Shown piece after piece: positions 35,681-45,620 of a DNA stretch of 64,000 nt; position 1 is the first letter of the stretch; the number at the start of each line of letters is the position of its first letter. The notes under the pieces were generated by a model. It saw only the letters and a list, made by a program, of their open reading frames with translations. It ran no database searches and had not been told where the DNA came from. The position numbers were made by a program, and so were the translations under genes. The stretch covers positions 5,403 through 69,402 of the forward strand of contig DATICZ010000103.1 in assembly GCA_035456525.1 (NCBI GenBank). Direction: 5' to 3'. This DNA is from Gemmatimonadales bacterium. GTDB lineage: Bacteria; Gemmatimonadota; Gemmatimonadetes; Gemmatimonadales; GWC2-71-9.

Positions 35681-37057
35681 TCAGGTCACGGACTCCTGAA
35701 GCTGCCCCTTGGCCTGATACAGGTCCCGGTCGGCCGCCGCCAGCAGGGTCGCCACCGTCTCCCCGTCGCGGGGATACAACGCCAGCCCCGCACTCACGCT
35801 CACGGGCGGGGACTCATGGTCCGCCGCCAGCCGCTGGGCGATGCGGCCCACCACCTGCCGCGCCTCCGTCTCCCCCGTCTCCGGCAGCACGACCGCGAAC
35901 TCGTCGCCGCCGTATCGCGCCGGCGTGTCGATGGACCGGCACGAGGCCCGCAACGCCTCCCCCACCCGGCAGATCGCCCGGCTCCCCACGAGGTGCCCGT
36001 GGTGGTCGTTGATGCGCTTCAGGCGATCGAGATCCAGGAACAGCACCGCGAACGAGCGCCCGGTGCGCACGGAACGGTTGATCTCGGCGACGAGCACGCT
36101 GATCAGCTGCCGGTAGTTGGCCAGGCCGGTCAGCGGATCGGTCACCGACATCAGGCGCAGCCGATCCGCCGTCCGGCGCCGCGCCGAGACGACGGCGGCC
36201 ACGGTCAGCGTCATCAGGGAGACGACTCCCAGGAACGCCTGCAGCAGCAGCAGCGACTCGTTCTGGCTGCCGCGCACGAACGGCCCATATCCCCAGAGCG
36301 AGCCCCGCACGGCGATTCCGGCGACCAGGAGCAGCGCGGCCGCGGCCGCGCGCGGCTCGAAGCGCAGGGCCGCCCACAGCAGGAACGGGATGCAGAGAAA
36401 GTCGAGCGGGTAGTTCTTGTCCGGGAACAGCCCCCCGAACACCAGCTGGCTCACGACCACCAGCGACGCCAGCAGCACGGCGGTTTCGAGCAGGTGGCCG
36501 CGGTGCCAGCCGCGCAGCGACGGCCGGCTCCACAGGACGAGCACGGGCGTCACGACGAGGTCGGCCGCGGCGTCGCCGAGCCACCAGGTCAGCCAGATCG
36601 ACCCGTACTCGACCCAGTGGGCGGACCCGGTCAGCGAGAGGGTGGTGGCGCCCCAGGTGGCGCTGATGGTCGCGCTCATGACGGCGACGAGCCCGGCGAA
36701 CCGGAAGATGTTCCCCGGCCGGTCGAAGCAATCCCGGCCACCGGCGTAGCGGTTGACCAGGTACGCGCCGACCACCCCTTCGAGGGTGTTGCCGATGGCG
36801 ATCGCGGCGGAGCTGGCGAGCGAGCCGGCCGTGGTGATGTTGACGAAGAAGGCACCGAGCAGAATGGCGGGCCATACCCGGTAGCCCAGAACCAGGAGCG
36901 CCGCGAGCCCGATCCCGGCCGACGGCCACACGGGCGTCGCGCTGGCGTTCACGAACGCCAGCCGCAGCCCGAGCTTTCCGGCCACGAAGTACACCGCCGC
37001 CAGCCCGGCCAGCAGGACCAGGTCGCTCGTGGTGCGGGACAGGGTGACGGTCTTCAT
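35681..37057 (-). CDS. MASE1-domain diguanylate cyclase
   Basis: Starts at MKTVTLSR. Polytopic N-terminal MASE1-like region (PVWPSAGIGLAALLVLG...). GGDEF domain with RYGGDEFAVV. Confidence 0.85.
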   Translation of the reverse strand: MKTVTLSRTTSDLVLLAGLAAVYFVAGKLGLRLAFVNASATPVWPSAGIGLAALLVLGYRVWPAILLGAFFVNITTAGSLASSAAIAIGNTLEGVVGAYLVNRYAGGRDCFDRPGNIFRFAGLVAVMSATISATWGATTLSLTGSAHWVEYGSIWLTWWLGDAAADLVVTPVLVLWSRPSLRGWHRGHLLETAVLLASLVVVSQLVFGGLFPDKNYPLDFLCIPFLLWAALRFEPRAAAAALLLVAGIAVRGSLWGYGPFVRGSQNESLLLLQAFLGVVSLMTLTVAAVVSARRRTADRLRLMSVTDPLTGLANYRQLISVLVAEINRSVRTGRSFAVLFLDLDRLKRINDHHGHLVGSRAICRVGEALRASCRSIDTPARYGGDEFAVVLPETGETEARQVVGRIAQRLAADHESPPVSVSAGLALYPRDGETVATLLAAADRDLYQAKGQLQESVT

Positions 37058-37146
37058 GGGCCCTACCATAGCCGCTGGCGGGCGATTGCCGGGTGATGCC
37101 GGTCACGCAGTCCCCGGACGGGACGCGATCCGGTGCCGGGCCCGGC

Positions 37147-40100
37147 TCACTCCGCGGGAACGATGCCGGGCAGCGCCACCGGGGAAGACGCGGCAGCGCG
37201 GCGGCGTCCGAGGCGCCGCTGCAATGCGTCGAGGTAGGTATAGAACACCGGGGTGACGTACAGGGTGACGATCTGGGAAAACGCCAGGCCGCCCACGACG
37301 GCGAGACCCAGCGGGCGCCGCGATTCCGCCCCCGAACCCCAGCCGATGGCGATCGGCAGCGTCCCCATCAAGGCCGCCATCGTGGTCATCATGATGGGGC
37401 GGAACCGCACGCTGCACGCCTCGACGATGGCGTCCCGTGCCGGCTTCCCGTCTCGCCGCTCGGCCTCGATGGCGAAGTCGATCATCATGATCGCGTTCTT
37501 CTTCACCAGGCCGACGAGCATGATGATGCCCACGAACGCGTAGATGCTGAGCTCCGTGCGGAACACGAGCAGCGTCAGCAACGCGCCGAAGCCCGCGAAC
37601 GGCAGCCCGGAGAGAATAGTCAGGGGGTGGATGAAGCTCTCATACAGCACGCCGAGCACGATATAGATCACGAGCACCGCGAGGATCAGCAGGAACGCCA
37701 GCCCCTGCTGGCTGGCCTGGAAGGCCTGCGCCGTCCCCGCGAACCCGGTCGAAATGTTCTCCGGCAGCGTCTGGCGCGCCAGCCGCTCCACCGCATTCAC
37801 CGCCTCCCCGAGCGACGCGCCCGGGGCCAGGTTGAACGACAGCGTGACCGACGGCAGCTGGCCGGAATGGTTGACGCTGAGCGGACCGACGGCCGACGTC
37901 ACCGTGGCGAGGGTGGAGAGCGGCACCAGGGCCCCTCGCGGGGAGCGGATGTGGAGCATGTTGAGCGCGGACAGATCCTGCTGGTATTGCGGCAGCAGCT
38001 CGAGCACCACCCAGTACTGGTTGTTGGGCGTGAGGATCGTGGAGACCTGATGGGAGCCGTACGCGTCATACAGCGCCTGCTCCACCTGTTCCACGGTCAG
38101 ACCGAGCGCGGCCACCCGGTCGCGGTCGATGTGCACCTCGACCTGGGGATTCTTGATCTGCAGGTCGCTGGTCACGTCGTGCAGGATCGGGACCTCACGC
38201 AGCCGCGCCTCGAGCGCGGCGGCGTTGGTGTACAGCGCCTGGATATCGGCGCTCTGCAGGGTGAACTGGTACTGCGTCTTGGTCGGACGTCCCCCGATAC
38301 GGATCACGGGAGGGATCTGTAGATAGGTCCGGATGCCGGGGATCGCGGCGAGCTTCGGTCCGAGCTCGCGCGCGACCTCCTCGGCGCTCAGGCGACGCTC
38401 GTTGCGCGGTTTCAGCCGGATGCTGATACGGCCCTGATTCATCGTCCCGCCGCCCACCGACGACATGTAGTGCGCGACGTTGGGATCGGCGCCCACCACG
38501 GCGGCGACCTGCTGCTGGTGCGCGACCATCGATTCGAAGGAGCTGCCCTCGAGCGTCTCCGTCGTCCCCTGGATGAACCCCGTGTCCTCGGTGGGGATGA
38601 AGCCCTTGGGCACGAGCACGAACAGCCCGACCGTGCCCACGAGGATCGCCGCCGAGAACGCCAGCGCCACCCGCCGGTGGTCCATGACCCAGTTCAGCGT
38701 CCGCTCGTAGAACCCCAGGACGCGCCGATACACGCGCTCGGTGGCGTCGTAGAAGCGCCCGTGGTGCTGCTCGCGTGGGGGGCGCAGGAACCGGCTCGAG
38801 AGCATCGGCGTGAGCGTGAGGGACACGAACCCCGAGACGAGGATCGCGATCCCGATCGTCACCGCGAACTCGTGGAACAACCGCCCGATGATCCCGCCCA
38901 TGAAGAGCACCGGGATGAACACCGCGGTGAGCGAGAGGGTCATGGACAGAATCGTGAATCCGATTTCCCGCGATCCGTCGAGCGCCGCCTGCAGCGGACG
39001 CTTGCCCATCTCCATATGCCGGACGATGTTCTCGAGCATCACGATCGCATCGTCCACCACGAACCCCACCGACAGTGTCAGCGCCATCAGCGACAGGTTG
39101 TCGAGGCTGTAGCCCAGCAGGAACATCGCTGCGAATGTGCCGACGATCGAGAGCGGCAGGGCCAGGCTGGGGATTACGGTTGCCGAGAGGTTGCGCAGGA
39201 ACAGGAAGATGACGAGGACCACGAGGCAGAGCGTGATGAACAGCGTCACCTTGACGTCGTTCACCGAGTCGTTGATCGACAGCGAGCGGTCGTACAGCGT
39301 CTGGATGCGCACGGAGGCCGGGAGCATGGGGGTGAGCGCCTCCACCGCCCGCTTCACCGCGGTCGCCACCGCCACGGTGTTGGTGCCGGGCTGGCGTTGC
39401 ACCGCCAGCACGATGGCGCGCGACCCGTCGAACCAGCTCGCCGTCCGGTTGTCCTGCACGTCGTCCAGCACCCGCGCCACGTCCTGCAGGCGCACCGGCG
39501 CCCCGTCCTTGTAGACGACCACGAGCCGCCGGAACTCGGGCGCGCTCTGGATCTGGCCGTCCGACAGCACGGTGTAGGCGCGGTGCGGACCCCACAACGT
39601 GCCCGTCGGCACGTTCGGATTGCCCGCGTCGACCGCAGCCGCCACCTCGTCGATGCCGATACCCCGCGCCACCAGCGCCTGCGGATCCACCTGGACCCGC
39701 ACCGCGTATTTCTGCGACCCGAAGACCGACACCTGCGCCACCCCGTCCACGGTCGACATGCGCTGGGCGAGGAACGTCTCGGCGTACTCGTCCAGCGCCG
39801 ACAGGGACAGCGTCGGCGAGCTCACGGCGAGGAATAGAATCGGCGAGTCGGCGGGGTTCGCCTTGCGGAAGGACGGGGGCAGCATGTCCCGCGGCAGCTG
39901 GCGCTGGACCCGCGAAAGCGCCGCCTGTACGTCCTGCGCCGCCGCGTCGATGTTGCGGGACAGGGTGAACTGCAGCGTGATGTTCGTGCTTCCCTGGGAA
40001 CTCGTCGACGTCATCGCGTCGATGCCCGCGATCGTCGAAAACTGCTTCTCGAGCGGCGTCGCGACCGCCGAGGCCATCGTCTCCGGGTTGGCCCCCGGGA

Positions 40101-40251
40101 GGCCGGCCGACACGGTGATCGTGGGGAAGTCCACGTTCGGCAGGTCGCTCACCGGCAGCAGCCGGTAGCCCATCACGCCGAACAACAGAATCGCCAGCAT
40201 CACGAGCGTCGTGGCGACCGGACGGCGTATGAACAATCCCGAGAGGTTCAC
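37147..40251 (-). CDS. RND efflux transporter permease (AcrB-like, HAE1-type)
   Basis: 1034 aa. The N-terminus MNLSGLFIRRPVATTLVMLAILLFG is canonical, and the protein has 12 TM segments and two large loops. Confidence 0.95.
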   Translation of the reverse strand: MNLSGLFIRRPVATTLVMLAILLFGVMGYRLLPVSDLPNVDFPTITVSAGLPGANPETMASAVATPLEKQFSTIAGIDAMTSTSSQGSTNITLQFTLSRNIDAAAQDVQAALSRVQRQLPRDMLPPSFRKANPADSPILFLAVSSPTLSLSALDEYAETFLAQRMSTVDGVAQVSVFGSQKYAVRVQVDPQALVARGIGIDEVAAAVDAGNPNVPTGTLWGPHRAYTVLSDGQIQSAPEFRRLVVVYKDGAPVRLQDVARVLDDVQDNRTASWFDGSRAIVLAVQRQPGTNTVAVATAVKRAVEALTPMLPASVRIQTLYDRSLSINDSVNDVKVTLFITLCLVVLVIFLFLRNLSATVIPSLALPLSIVGTFAAMFLLGYSLDNLSLMALTLSVGFVVDDAIVMLENIVRHMEMGKRPLQAALDGSREIGFTILSMTLSLTAVFIPVLFMGGIIGRLFHEFAVTIGIAILVSGFVSLTLTPMLSSRFLRPPREQHHGRFYDATERVYRRVLGFYERTLNWVMDHRRVALAFSAAILVGTVGLFVLVPKGFIPTEDTGFIQGTTETLEGSSFESMVAHQQQVAAVVGADPNVAHYMSSVGGGTMNQGRISIRLKPRNERRLSAEEVARELGPKLAAIPGIRTYLQIPPVIRIGGRPTKTQYQFTLQSADIQALYTNAAALEARLREVPILHDVTSDLQIKNPQVEVHIDRDRVAALGLTVEQVEQALYDAYGSHQVSTILTPNNQYWVVLELLPQYQQDLSALNMLHIRSPRGALVPLSTLATVTSAVGPLSVNHSGQLPSVTLSFNLAPGASLGEAVNAVERLARQTLPENISTGFAGTAQAFQASQQGLAFLLILAVLVIYIVLGVLYESFIHPLTILSGLPFAGFGALLTLLVFRTELSIYAFVGIIMLVGLVKKNAIMMIDFAIEAERRDGKPARDAIVEACSVRFRPIMMTTMAALMGTLPIAIGWGSGAESRRPLGLAVVGGLAFSQIVTLYVTPVFYTYLDALQRRLGRRRAAASSPVALPGIVPAE

Positions 40252-41387
40252 TGGCGGCCCTCCCCCGGCGGGTCCGCTTCGGTCCGGGGCCCGCCGCGGA
40301 TCTCGACCCGGGCATCCGGCGTGAGGCGCAGCTGCCCGTCGGTCACTACGAGCATCCCCGGCTCGAGGCCGGCGTCGATCACCGCCAGGCTATCCGCCCG
40401 GCGCCGCACGGTCACCGGCCGCTGCTTGGCGGTCCCGTCGGGGTCGACTACGAACACGAACGTCCCCTGCTGCGCGTTGAGCACCGCCTGCTCCGGAATC
40501 ACCAGCGCGTCCGTCTGGACGTCGAGCACCAGCGTCACGGCGACGAACGCCCCCGGCCACAGCCGTCCTTCGCGGTTGGGGAACCGCCCCTTGAGCAGCA
40601 CGGTGCCGGTACTCGAGTCCACGTGATTGTCCACGAACGATAGCTCGCCCGCGAACGTCGTCGAATCCTGCGCCGGCCGCGCCTCCACGCGCAGTGCCTT
40701 GCCGGCGTGCCGCTGCACCTCGGGAAGGTCGGTCGCTGGCACGGCGAACCGCACCAGAATGGGCCGCAGCTGGTTGATGGTGACGAGCGGGGCCGCCTGG
40801 TTGGCGACCACCTGGTTCCCCTCGTGCACCAGCAGCCCCCCGGTGCGCCCGGTGATCGGGGCCCGGATGGTCGCGTAGGAGAGGTTGAGCCGGGCCACCG
40901 TCAGGGCCGCCGAATCCGCCCGCACCGTCGCCGTCAGCGCGTCGGCGGTGGCCTGCCGCGCCTGATAGTCCTCTTCCGTCACGAACCGGTCCTTCACGAG
41001 CGCCTGGTAGCGCGCGGCCTCCCGGATCGCGTTCTCCGCCTGGGCGACGTCCCGGCTCAGGTTGGCCTCGGCCTGCTGCAGCGCCGCGGCGAAGGGCCGG
41101 GAGTCGACTTCGAACAAGACCTTCCCCTCGGCGACCTCCTCACCCTCGGCGAAGCGCACGCGCTGCAGCATGCCGCCCACGCGGGACGTCACCGTGACGG
41201 TCCGCATCGGCTCGACCGTGCCGGTGGCCTGGATCTCGTAGGGAACGGCCCGGCGCTCGACGCGGGCGACGCTCACGGGAATTCGGGCCGGCCCTCCCTC
41301 GGGACGCGACGAGCAGGCGAGCGCCAGCACGGCCACCGGCAGCGAGCACAGCAGAACAGACTGGAATCGGGACACGGGCGTATGCAC
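40248..41387 (-). CDS. RND efflux periplasmic adaptor (membrane fusion protein)
   Basis: 379 aa. Lipoprotein-like N-terminus (ALACSS), then a hairpin coiled coil and beta-barrel motifs. It overlaps the permease start by 4 nt. Confidence 0.9.
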   Translation of the reverse strand: MHTPVSRFQSVLLCSLPVAVLALACSSRPEGGPARIPVSVARVERRAVPYEIQATGTVEPMRTVTVTSRVGGMLQRVRFAEGEEVAEGKVLFEVDSRPFAAALQQAEANLSRDVAQAENAIREAARYQALVKDRFVTEEDYQARQATADALTATVRADSAALTVARLNLSYATIRAPITGRTGGLLVHEGNQVVANQAAPLVTINQLRPILVRFAVPATDLPEVQRHAGKALRVEARPAQDSTTFAGELSFVDNHVDSSTGTVLLKGRFPNREGRLWPGAFVAVTLVLDVQTDALVIPEQAVLNAQQGTFVFVVDPDGTAKQRPVTVRRRADSLAVIDAGLEPGMLVVTDGQLRLTPDARVEIRGGPRTEADPPGEGRQ

Positions 41388-41505
41388 ATCCCTGACGCAG
41401 GGTGAGTCGCGACGGCGACCGTATGCTTACGCACAACCCGGCCCCCGCGTGGAAGCAGACGCGGGCCCGGGAAGCGGCTAATCGCTGCAAGATACCGGGT
41501 CTGGC

Positions 41506-42363
41506 CTACGGCCGCGCCAGGGCCTGCACCCGTGCCGCGTCCTGCTTGGTCAGGACGTCCTGGGTGCTGAGCGCCGCGTAGGCGGTCACCTGTCGGCCGG
41601 CGACCATCGCGGTGGGCGTGCCCGAGACCCGGTCGCGCCGCAGCAGGAACGTCCCCTCCTGCCCCACGGCGTACCGGGGCATGGTGCGCCAGGCGACGTC
41701 GAGAGACCCCGGGAATCGCACGACGACGCGCTGGTCGGCAGGGGCGGCGCCCTTGATCATCGTCTCGACGACCACGACCGCCTCCTGCCAGGCAGGATCG
41801 TGCTCCGTGACCCGGCGGCGCCCCCCGGGCGTCGCGGCCAGCGACGCGGGACGGATGGTCTCGACGCGTCCGACGACGACCAGGTCCGCAGCCCGGATAC
41901 GCGCCTGCAGGGTCGAGTCGCTCACCTGGCGCCGCACCCGTGACACGGAGTCCCGCAGGGGCACCAGCGCCGCCGCCGACCGGCGCGTCGCCAACGTCTC
42001 ATGGCCGACCTCCTGGGCAGCGATACCACGCCCGAACAGCCATGCCCGAGTATAGAAGATGGCCTGCTTCCCCAGCGCGAGCACCCCGGGAGCTTCCGCC
42101 TCGACCGTCACGGTGTCGCCCGCCCCCAGCCGCACCGCCGCCGACTTCTCGAGCACGGCGTCGACTCTGACTGATAGAGTCCGCTGGGACACGGGGACGC
42201 CGGCCATCGATGCCGTCCCGACCGCAGTGACGGTCCCGACGAAGATCAGGTCCGCCTGACGCATCATAGCATGCCGGGTGCGCTGCGCTTCGAGGCGCAC
42301 GGGCATGTGGAGCAACAGCCCGGCCATCCCCATTCGCACCAGATCGAGAAAGCCCGTTCTCAT
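41506..42363 (-). CDS. hypothetical secreted protein with two related halves
   Basis: 285 aa. Both halves begin ADL(I/V)(F/V)VG(T/R)V. The start overlaps the upstream BNR gene stop (ATGA). Confidence 0.6.
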   Translation of the reverse strand: MRTGFLDLVRMGMAGLLLHMPVRLEAQRTRHAMMRQADLIFVGTVTAVGTASMAGVPVSQRTLSVRVDAVLEKSAAVRLGAGDTVTVEAEAPGVLALGKQAIFYTRAWLFGRGIAAQEVGHETLATRRSAAALVPLRDSVSRVRRQVSDSTLQARIRAADLVVVGRVETIRPASLAATPGGRRRVTEHDPAWQEAVVVVETMIKGAAPADQRVVVRFPGSLDVAWRTMPRYAVGQEGTFLLRRDRVSGTPTAMVAGRQVTAYAALSTQDVLTKQDAARVQALARP

Positions 42364-43820
42364 GGCAAGACCGGCACGCTGAAGTAGAACGGATCGATGG
42401 AAACGGCGACGACCGCGCCGCCGCCGTCCAGGAGGCGGTGGCTGGCGAAATCCGCGCTCCGTTGATACACCACGCCCTGGGGGAAGGAAGTGGAGTCCGG
42501 CGTGTTGTTCGCCGAGAAGACCCCGCGCAGCTCGCCACTCACCGCCAGCAAGCCGGCGTAGTCGCCCAGATACGGAAGGAAATCGACGGTCGGCGTATTC
42601 GCCGGCACGGTCGCCAGCACGAGATCGCTGGTCGTGACGAAGCCGTCCTTGGACCGCTCGAGGTGCGTCACCCAGCGACTCGCGGCGCCGCTGCCGCTGA
42701 GCTGCTGATACAGGAATCCCACGGTCCCGTTGTCGGCCACCGCGAGCGCGGCGTTGGTCGCGTTGACCACGGTACGGATGTCGCCACTCCAGGTGGCTCC
42801 GCGGTCGGCCGAGCGCCGCAGATGGATGGTGTAGATGTCCCCGGAGCCGACCCGGTCCGCCCAGGCGACGTAGACCACCGCGCTGTGATTGGGATCGACG
42901 GCGAGGGCGAGCGTGGATCCGATCCGCTCCTGGCCGAGGGTGGGTGCATTGGACCAGGGGATCGACACGCTGTGCGCCACGATCCGGCCCGGGAGGCCGT
43001 CACCCGGATCGACCAGGCTCCGGAACGGATTACCGCCGGCGGCGCCGGAATCGTCCCGCACCACGACCACGTCGCTCGTCGCCACGTTGCCGTCGAAACT
43101 CCGCCACCCGAAATACGCGACGTACACGGTGCGATCGACGGCGACGCTGGGTCGAATGGACGGACCGTCCTGGTCGGCGGTGTTGCGCGACTCAATGCGG
43201 GCCGAGGTGTAGCTCGCCCCGCCGTTCTGGGACACGTCCACCGTGGCCGTTCGCCCCGCGGGCGCGTCGAAATCGTTCATGCCGATGTAGACGCGGTCGG
43301 CGGTGCCGACGGTGGTGGCGCGCACGAACGGCTGATCCACGTTGTCCCGGGAGGCCTGCACGCTCATCGGCGTCGGCGAGAAGACATCACCCGTCTTGAG
43401 CTCGTCGAGCGCCAGAGTCCCCGACAGCGACAGGATGCCCGCGTAGAGGTCGCCGCCGCCACCGTCGAAGGCTTCGGTGATATCAGCTGTCGTCACATCG
43501 CTGGGGACGGTCGCCCGCAGCGCCCACGTGCGGCCGCTGTCCTGCGTGACGAAGATGGGGGCGGTCGTACTGGAAGGGCCAGCGGGATTGGGCGTGAATG
43601 CCGAGGCCGCCATGATCGCGGAGTTCCCGGCGAGCACCGCCAAGAATGGCTCGGCATCCTGAGCAGTCTCGCCACTCAAGGAGGCGGGGATCATGTTCAC
43701 GACGCGCGTGCCGGGCTGCACCTCCCCCCCGTCTCCACCTCCATCGCCTCCTCCACCTCCACCGCTTCCATCACAGCCTGCGGCGACGACGACGGCGAGA
43801 AGAACCGCTCCGATCCGCAT
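42360..43820 (-). CDS. BNR/Asp-box repeat (sialidase-fold-like beta-propeller) lipoprotein
   Basis: Lipobox VVAAGC followed by a Gly/Asp-rich linker. Asp-box motifs TQDSGRTW, SQNGGASY and SADRGATW. Confidence 0.8.
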   Translation of the reverse strand: MRIGAVLLAVVVAAGCDGSGGGGGGDGGGDGGEVQPGTRVVNMIPASLSGETAQDAEPFLAVLAGNSAIMAASAFTPNPAGPSSTTAPIFVTQDSGRTWALRATVPSDVTTADITEAFDGGGGDLYAGILSLSGTLALDELKTGDVFSPTPMSVQASRDNVDQPFVRATTVGTADRVYIGMNDFDAPAGRTATVDVSQNGGASYTSARIESRNTADQDGPSIRPSVAVDRTVYVAYFGWRSFDGNVATSDVVVVRDDSGAAGGNPFRSLVDPGDGLPGRIVAHSVSIPWSNAPTLGQERIGSTLALAVDPNHSAVVYVAWADRVGSGDIYTIHLRRSADRGATWSGDIRTVVNATNAALAVADNGTVGFLYQQLSGSGAASRWVTHLERSKDGFVTTSDLVLATVPANTPTVDFLPYLGDYAGLLAVSGELRGVFSANNTPDSTSFPQGVVYQRSADFASHRLLDGGGAVVAVSIDPFYFSVPVLP

Positions 43821-43875
43821 GATCGTCCTCGGGGGCGCGAGCCAGCGCGCAAGTTGCGCGGCCGCCCGCCGGCGC

Positions 43876-45579
43876 TCAAGGGGTCATATCACCGGGCGCC
43901 AGGTCAGCGCCCCGCGACAGCACCCGCATCGCGGCGCGCGGGGGCCGCAGCGCGCGCCATTGCGGGAATTCCCTCGCCCGGCTGGAGCCGTAGACGAGGC
44001 CGGTATACGCTCCGAACTCCGACCCCAGCCAGCGGTCGAAGATCCCCCAGCGTGCGATGCCGTAGCCTGCGGGCTCGAGCAGCGCAAACACCAGGCGCCC
44101 GAGCGGCTGTGCCGTCGTCACGTAGAAGCTGCCGGCCGGCAGGGTCCGGCGCTCCCGGGCATACTGTCCCGTTACCTGGAGCAGGTGGTGCCCCTGGAAC
44201 TCCCGCGGGCCCCAGTTGAGCTGGGTGATCCCGAGGGCCTCGACCGTGTCGGACCAGGACTCGGCGAGACGCGCCACCTGCACGCCGTGCAGCCGCAGCA
44301 ACCGCACGATCCCGCCGGCCGACGGCGGCAGGAAATAGCCCGCCGGCAGCGTCTGCGTGAGCGAATCGACGAAGCGGTCGTTGACGGGAAGCCGGTAGGT
44401 CCGCAGCTCGCCGGTCGGCAGGAAGCGCGGGCGCTCAGCCCCGCGCGCCGAGTCGGGATTGGGGCGCATCACCTCGAGCACCACCGGCTCCTCCCCACGA
44501 CCCGCGAGCCGGTAGGCGGTGGCGAGTGCCGGCCGTGGGCGCTGCCCCGCACCCTCGAGCGTGGTCTGGCGATCAGCGTCCCGCTCCAGGCGGCGAATGT
44601 CGTCCGCGTGCTGCGCCGCATACTCCAGCGTTTCCACGACGAAGTCGTGCGTCACCTGGATCCGGGTTTTGAAGTCGGCGTGGGAATACGCTTCGGAGAG
44701 GATGCCGATCCGCCCCCGCAGCCCCACGTAATTGGTGCCGTACCAGCCGAGCGGGGCGTAGGTGTCCCAGCTCTTGGGCGCGAGGGGGTCGTCCACGTTG
44801 CCGTAATCGAAGATCGGCTCGTGATAGCGGTCCTGGAGCGTCTTCCGGATGGCGGGGAGCATCTGGTCCCGGGCGTACTGCGTCGGTCCCGGCGGGCCCA
44901 CCGGATCGAGCGGCGGTGCGTAGGTGAGGAGGTACCCGTGGAGGGTCCCGTCGGTGGTGTGGAGGTCCATCATCACCGCCGGGTCCCAGGAGGCGTACAC
45001 GCGCGCGAGTGAGGCCTGGGTCTCGGGCGCCTCCGCCTTGAAGTAATCGCGGTTGAGGTCGAGGTTCAGCCCGTCGGGCCGGCGGCCCACCTGCTCGGGA
45101 CCGTTCTGCTCCGATCGGTTTACCGCCTGCGGGCCCAGCGCATCGTTGCCGTCGGGGTTGTAGTCGGGCACCACGAGGATCACCAGGCGGTCGAGTAAGG
45201 CATGGCGCGGCCCGGCGATCTCGCGCAACAGCGCCAGCACGGCCTCTTTTCCCTCCACCTCGCCGCCGTGGATGTTCGCCTGGACGTACACCACAAGCTT
45301 GCCCGACGCGGCCGCTTCCGCAGGGGATGTCACGGCCGGGTCGGAGGCGATCACGAGGTAGAGCGGCTTGCCGAGTGCGCTGACGCCCATGTCGGTGACG
45401 GTGATGGGCGCGCCGGCGCGCTGCAGGCTGTCGAGAAACGCACCGACCTCCGCGTGGGTGGACGTAGCGGCGTAGTTCGTCCGCTCGGGCGTCGTCCGCG
45501 GCAGCTGTTGGGCGGCCAGCGGAGATACCACGAACACCAGCCAGCGCAGGGTCTGGCGCAGAAGCCACCGCATCGTCAT
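43876..45579 (-). CDS. M14 family zinc carboxypeptidase, secreted
   Basis: Starts MTMRWLLRQTLRWLVFVVSPLAAQQ. The zinc motif is NIHGGEVEGKE. NRDY and MMDLHTTDG follow downstream. Confidence 0.85.
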   Translation of the reverse strand: MTMRWLLRQTLRWLVFVVSPLAAQQLPRTTPERTNYAATSTHAEVGAFLDSLQRAGAPITVTDMGVSALGKPLYLVIASDPAVTSPAEAAASGKLVVYVQANIHGGEVEGKEAVLALLREIAGPRHALLDRLVILVVPDYNPDGNDALGPQAVNRSEQNGPEQVGRRPDGLNLDLNRDYFKAEAPETQASLARVYASWDPAVMMDLHTTDGTLHGYLLTYAPPLDPVGPPGPTQYARDQMLPAIRKTLQDRYHEPIFDYGNVDDPLAPKSWDTYAPLGWYGTNYVGLRGRIGILSEAYSHADFKTRIQVTHDFVVETLEYAAQHADDIRRLERDADRQTTLEGAGQRPRPALATAYRLAGRGEEPVVLEVMRPNPDSARGAERPRFLPTGELRTYRLPVNDRFVDSLTQTLPAGYFLPPSAGGIVRLLRLHGVQVARLAESWSDTVEALGITQLNWGPREFQGHHLLQVTGQYARERRTLPAGSFYVTTAQPLGRLVFALLEPAGYGIARWGIFDRWLGSEFGAYTGLVYGSSRAREFPQWRALRPPRAAMRVLSRGADLAPGDMTP

Positions 45580-45620
45580 CCTCGTGGGTCGGAATCCGGC
45601 GAATCTACGCGGGAGTCCCT

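Noticed and set aside
41444-41465. CCCGCGT-n8-ACGCGGG hairpin between the 41506 gene and the RND adaptor gene
   Set aside because: The stem is only 7 bp with no U-tract on the transcribed strand. Such stems are expected by chance in GC-rich DNA.
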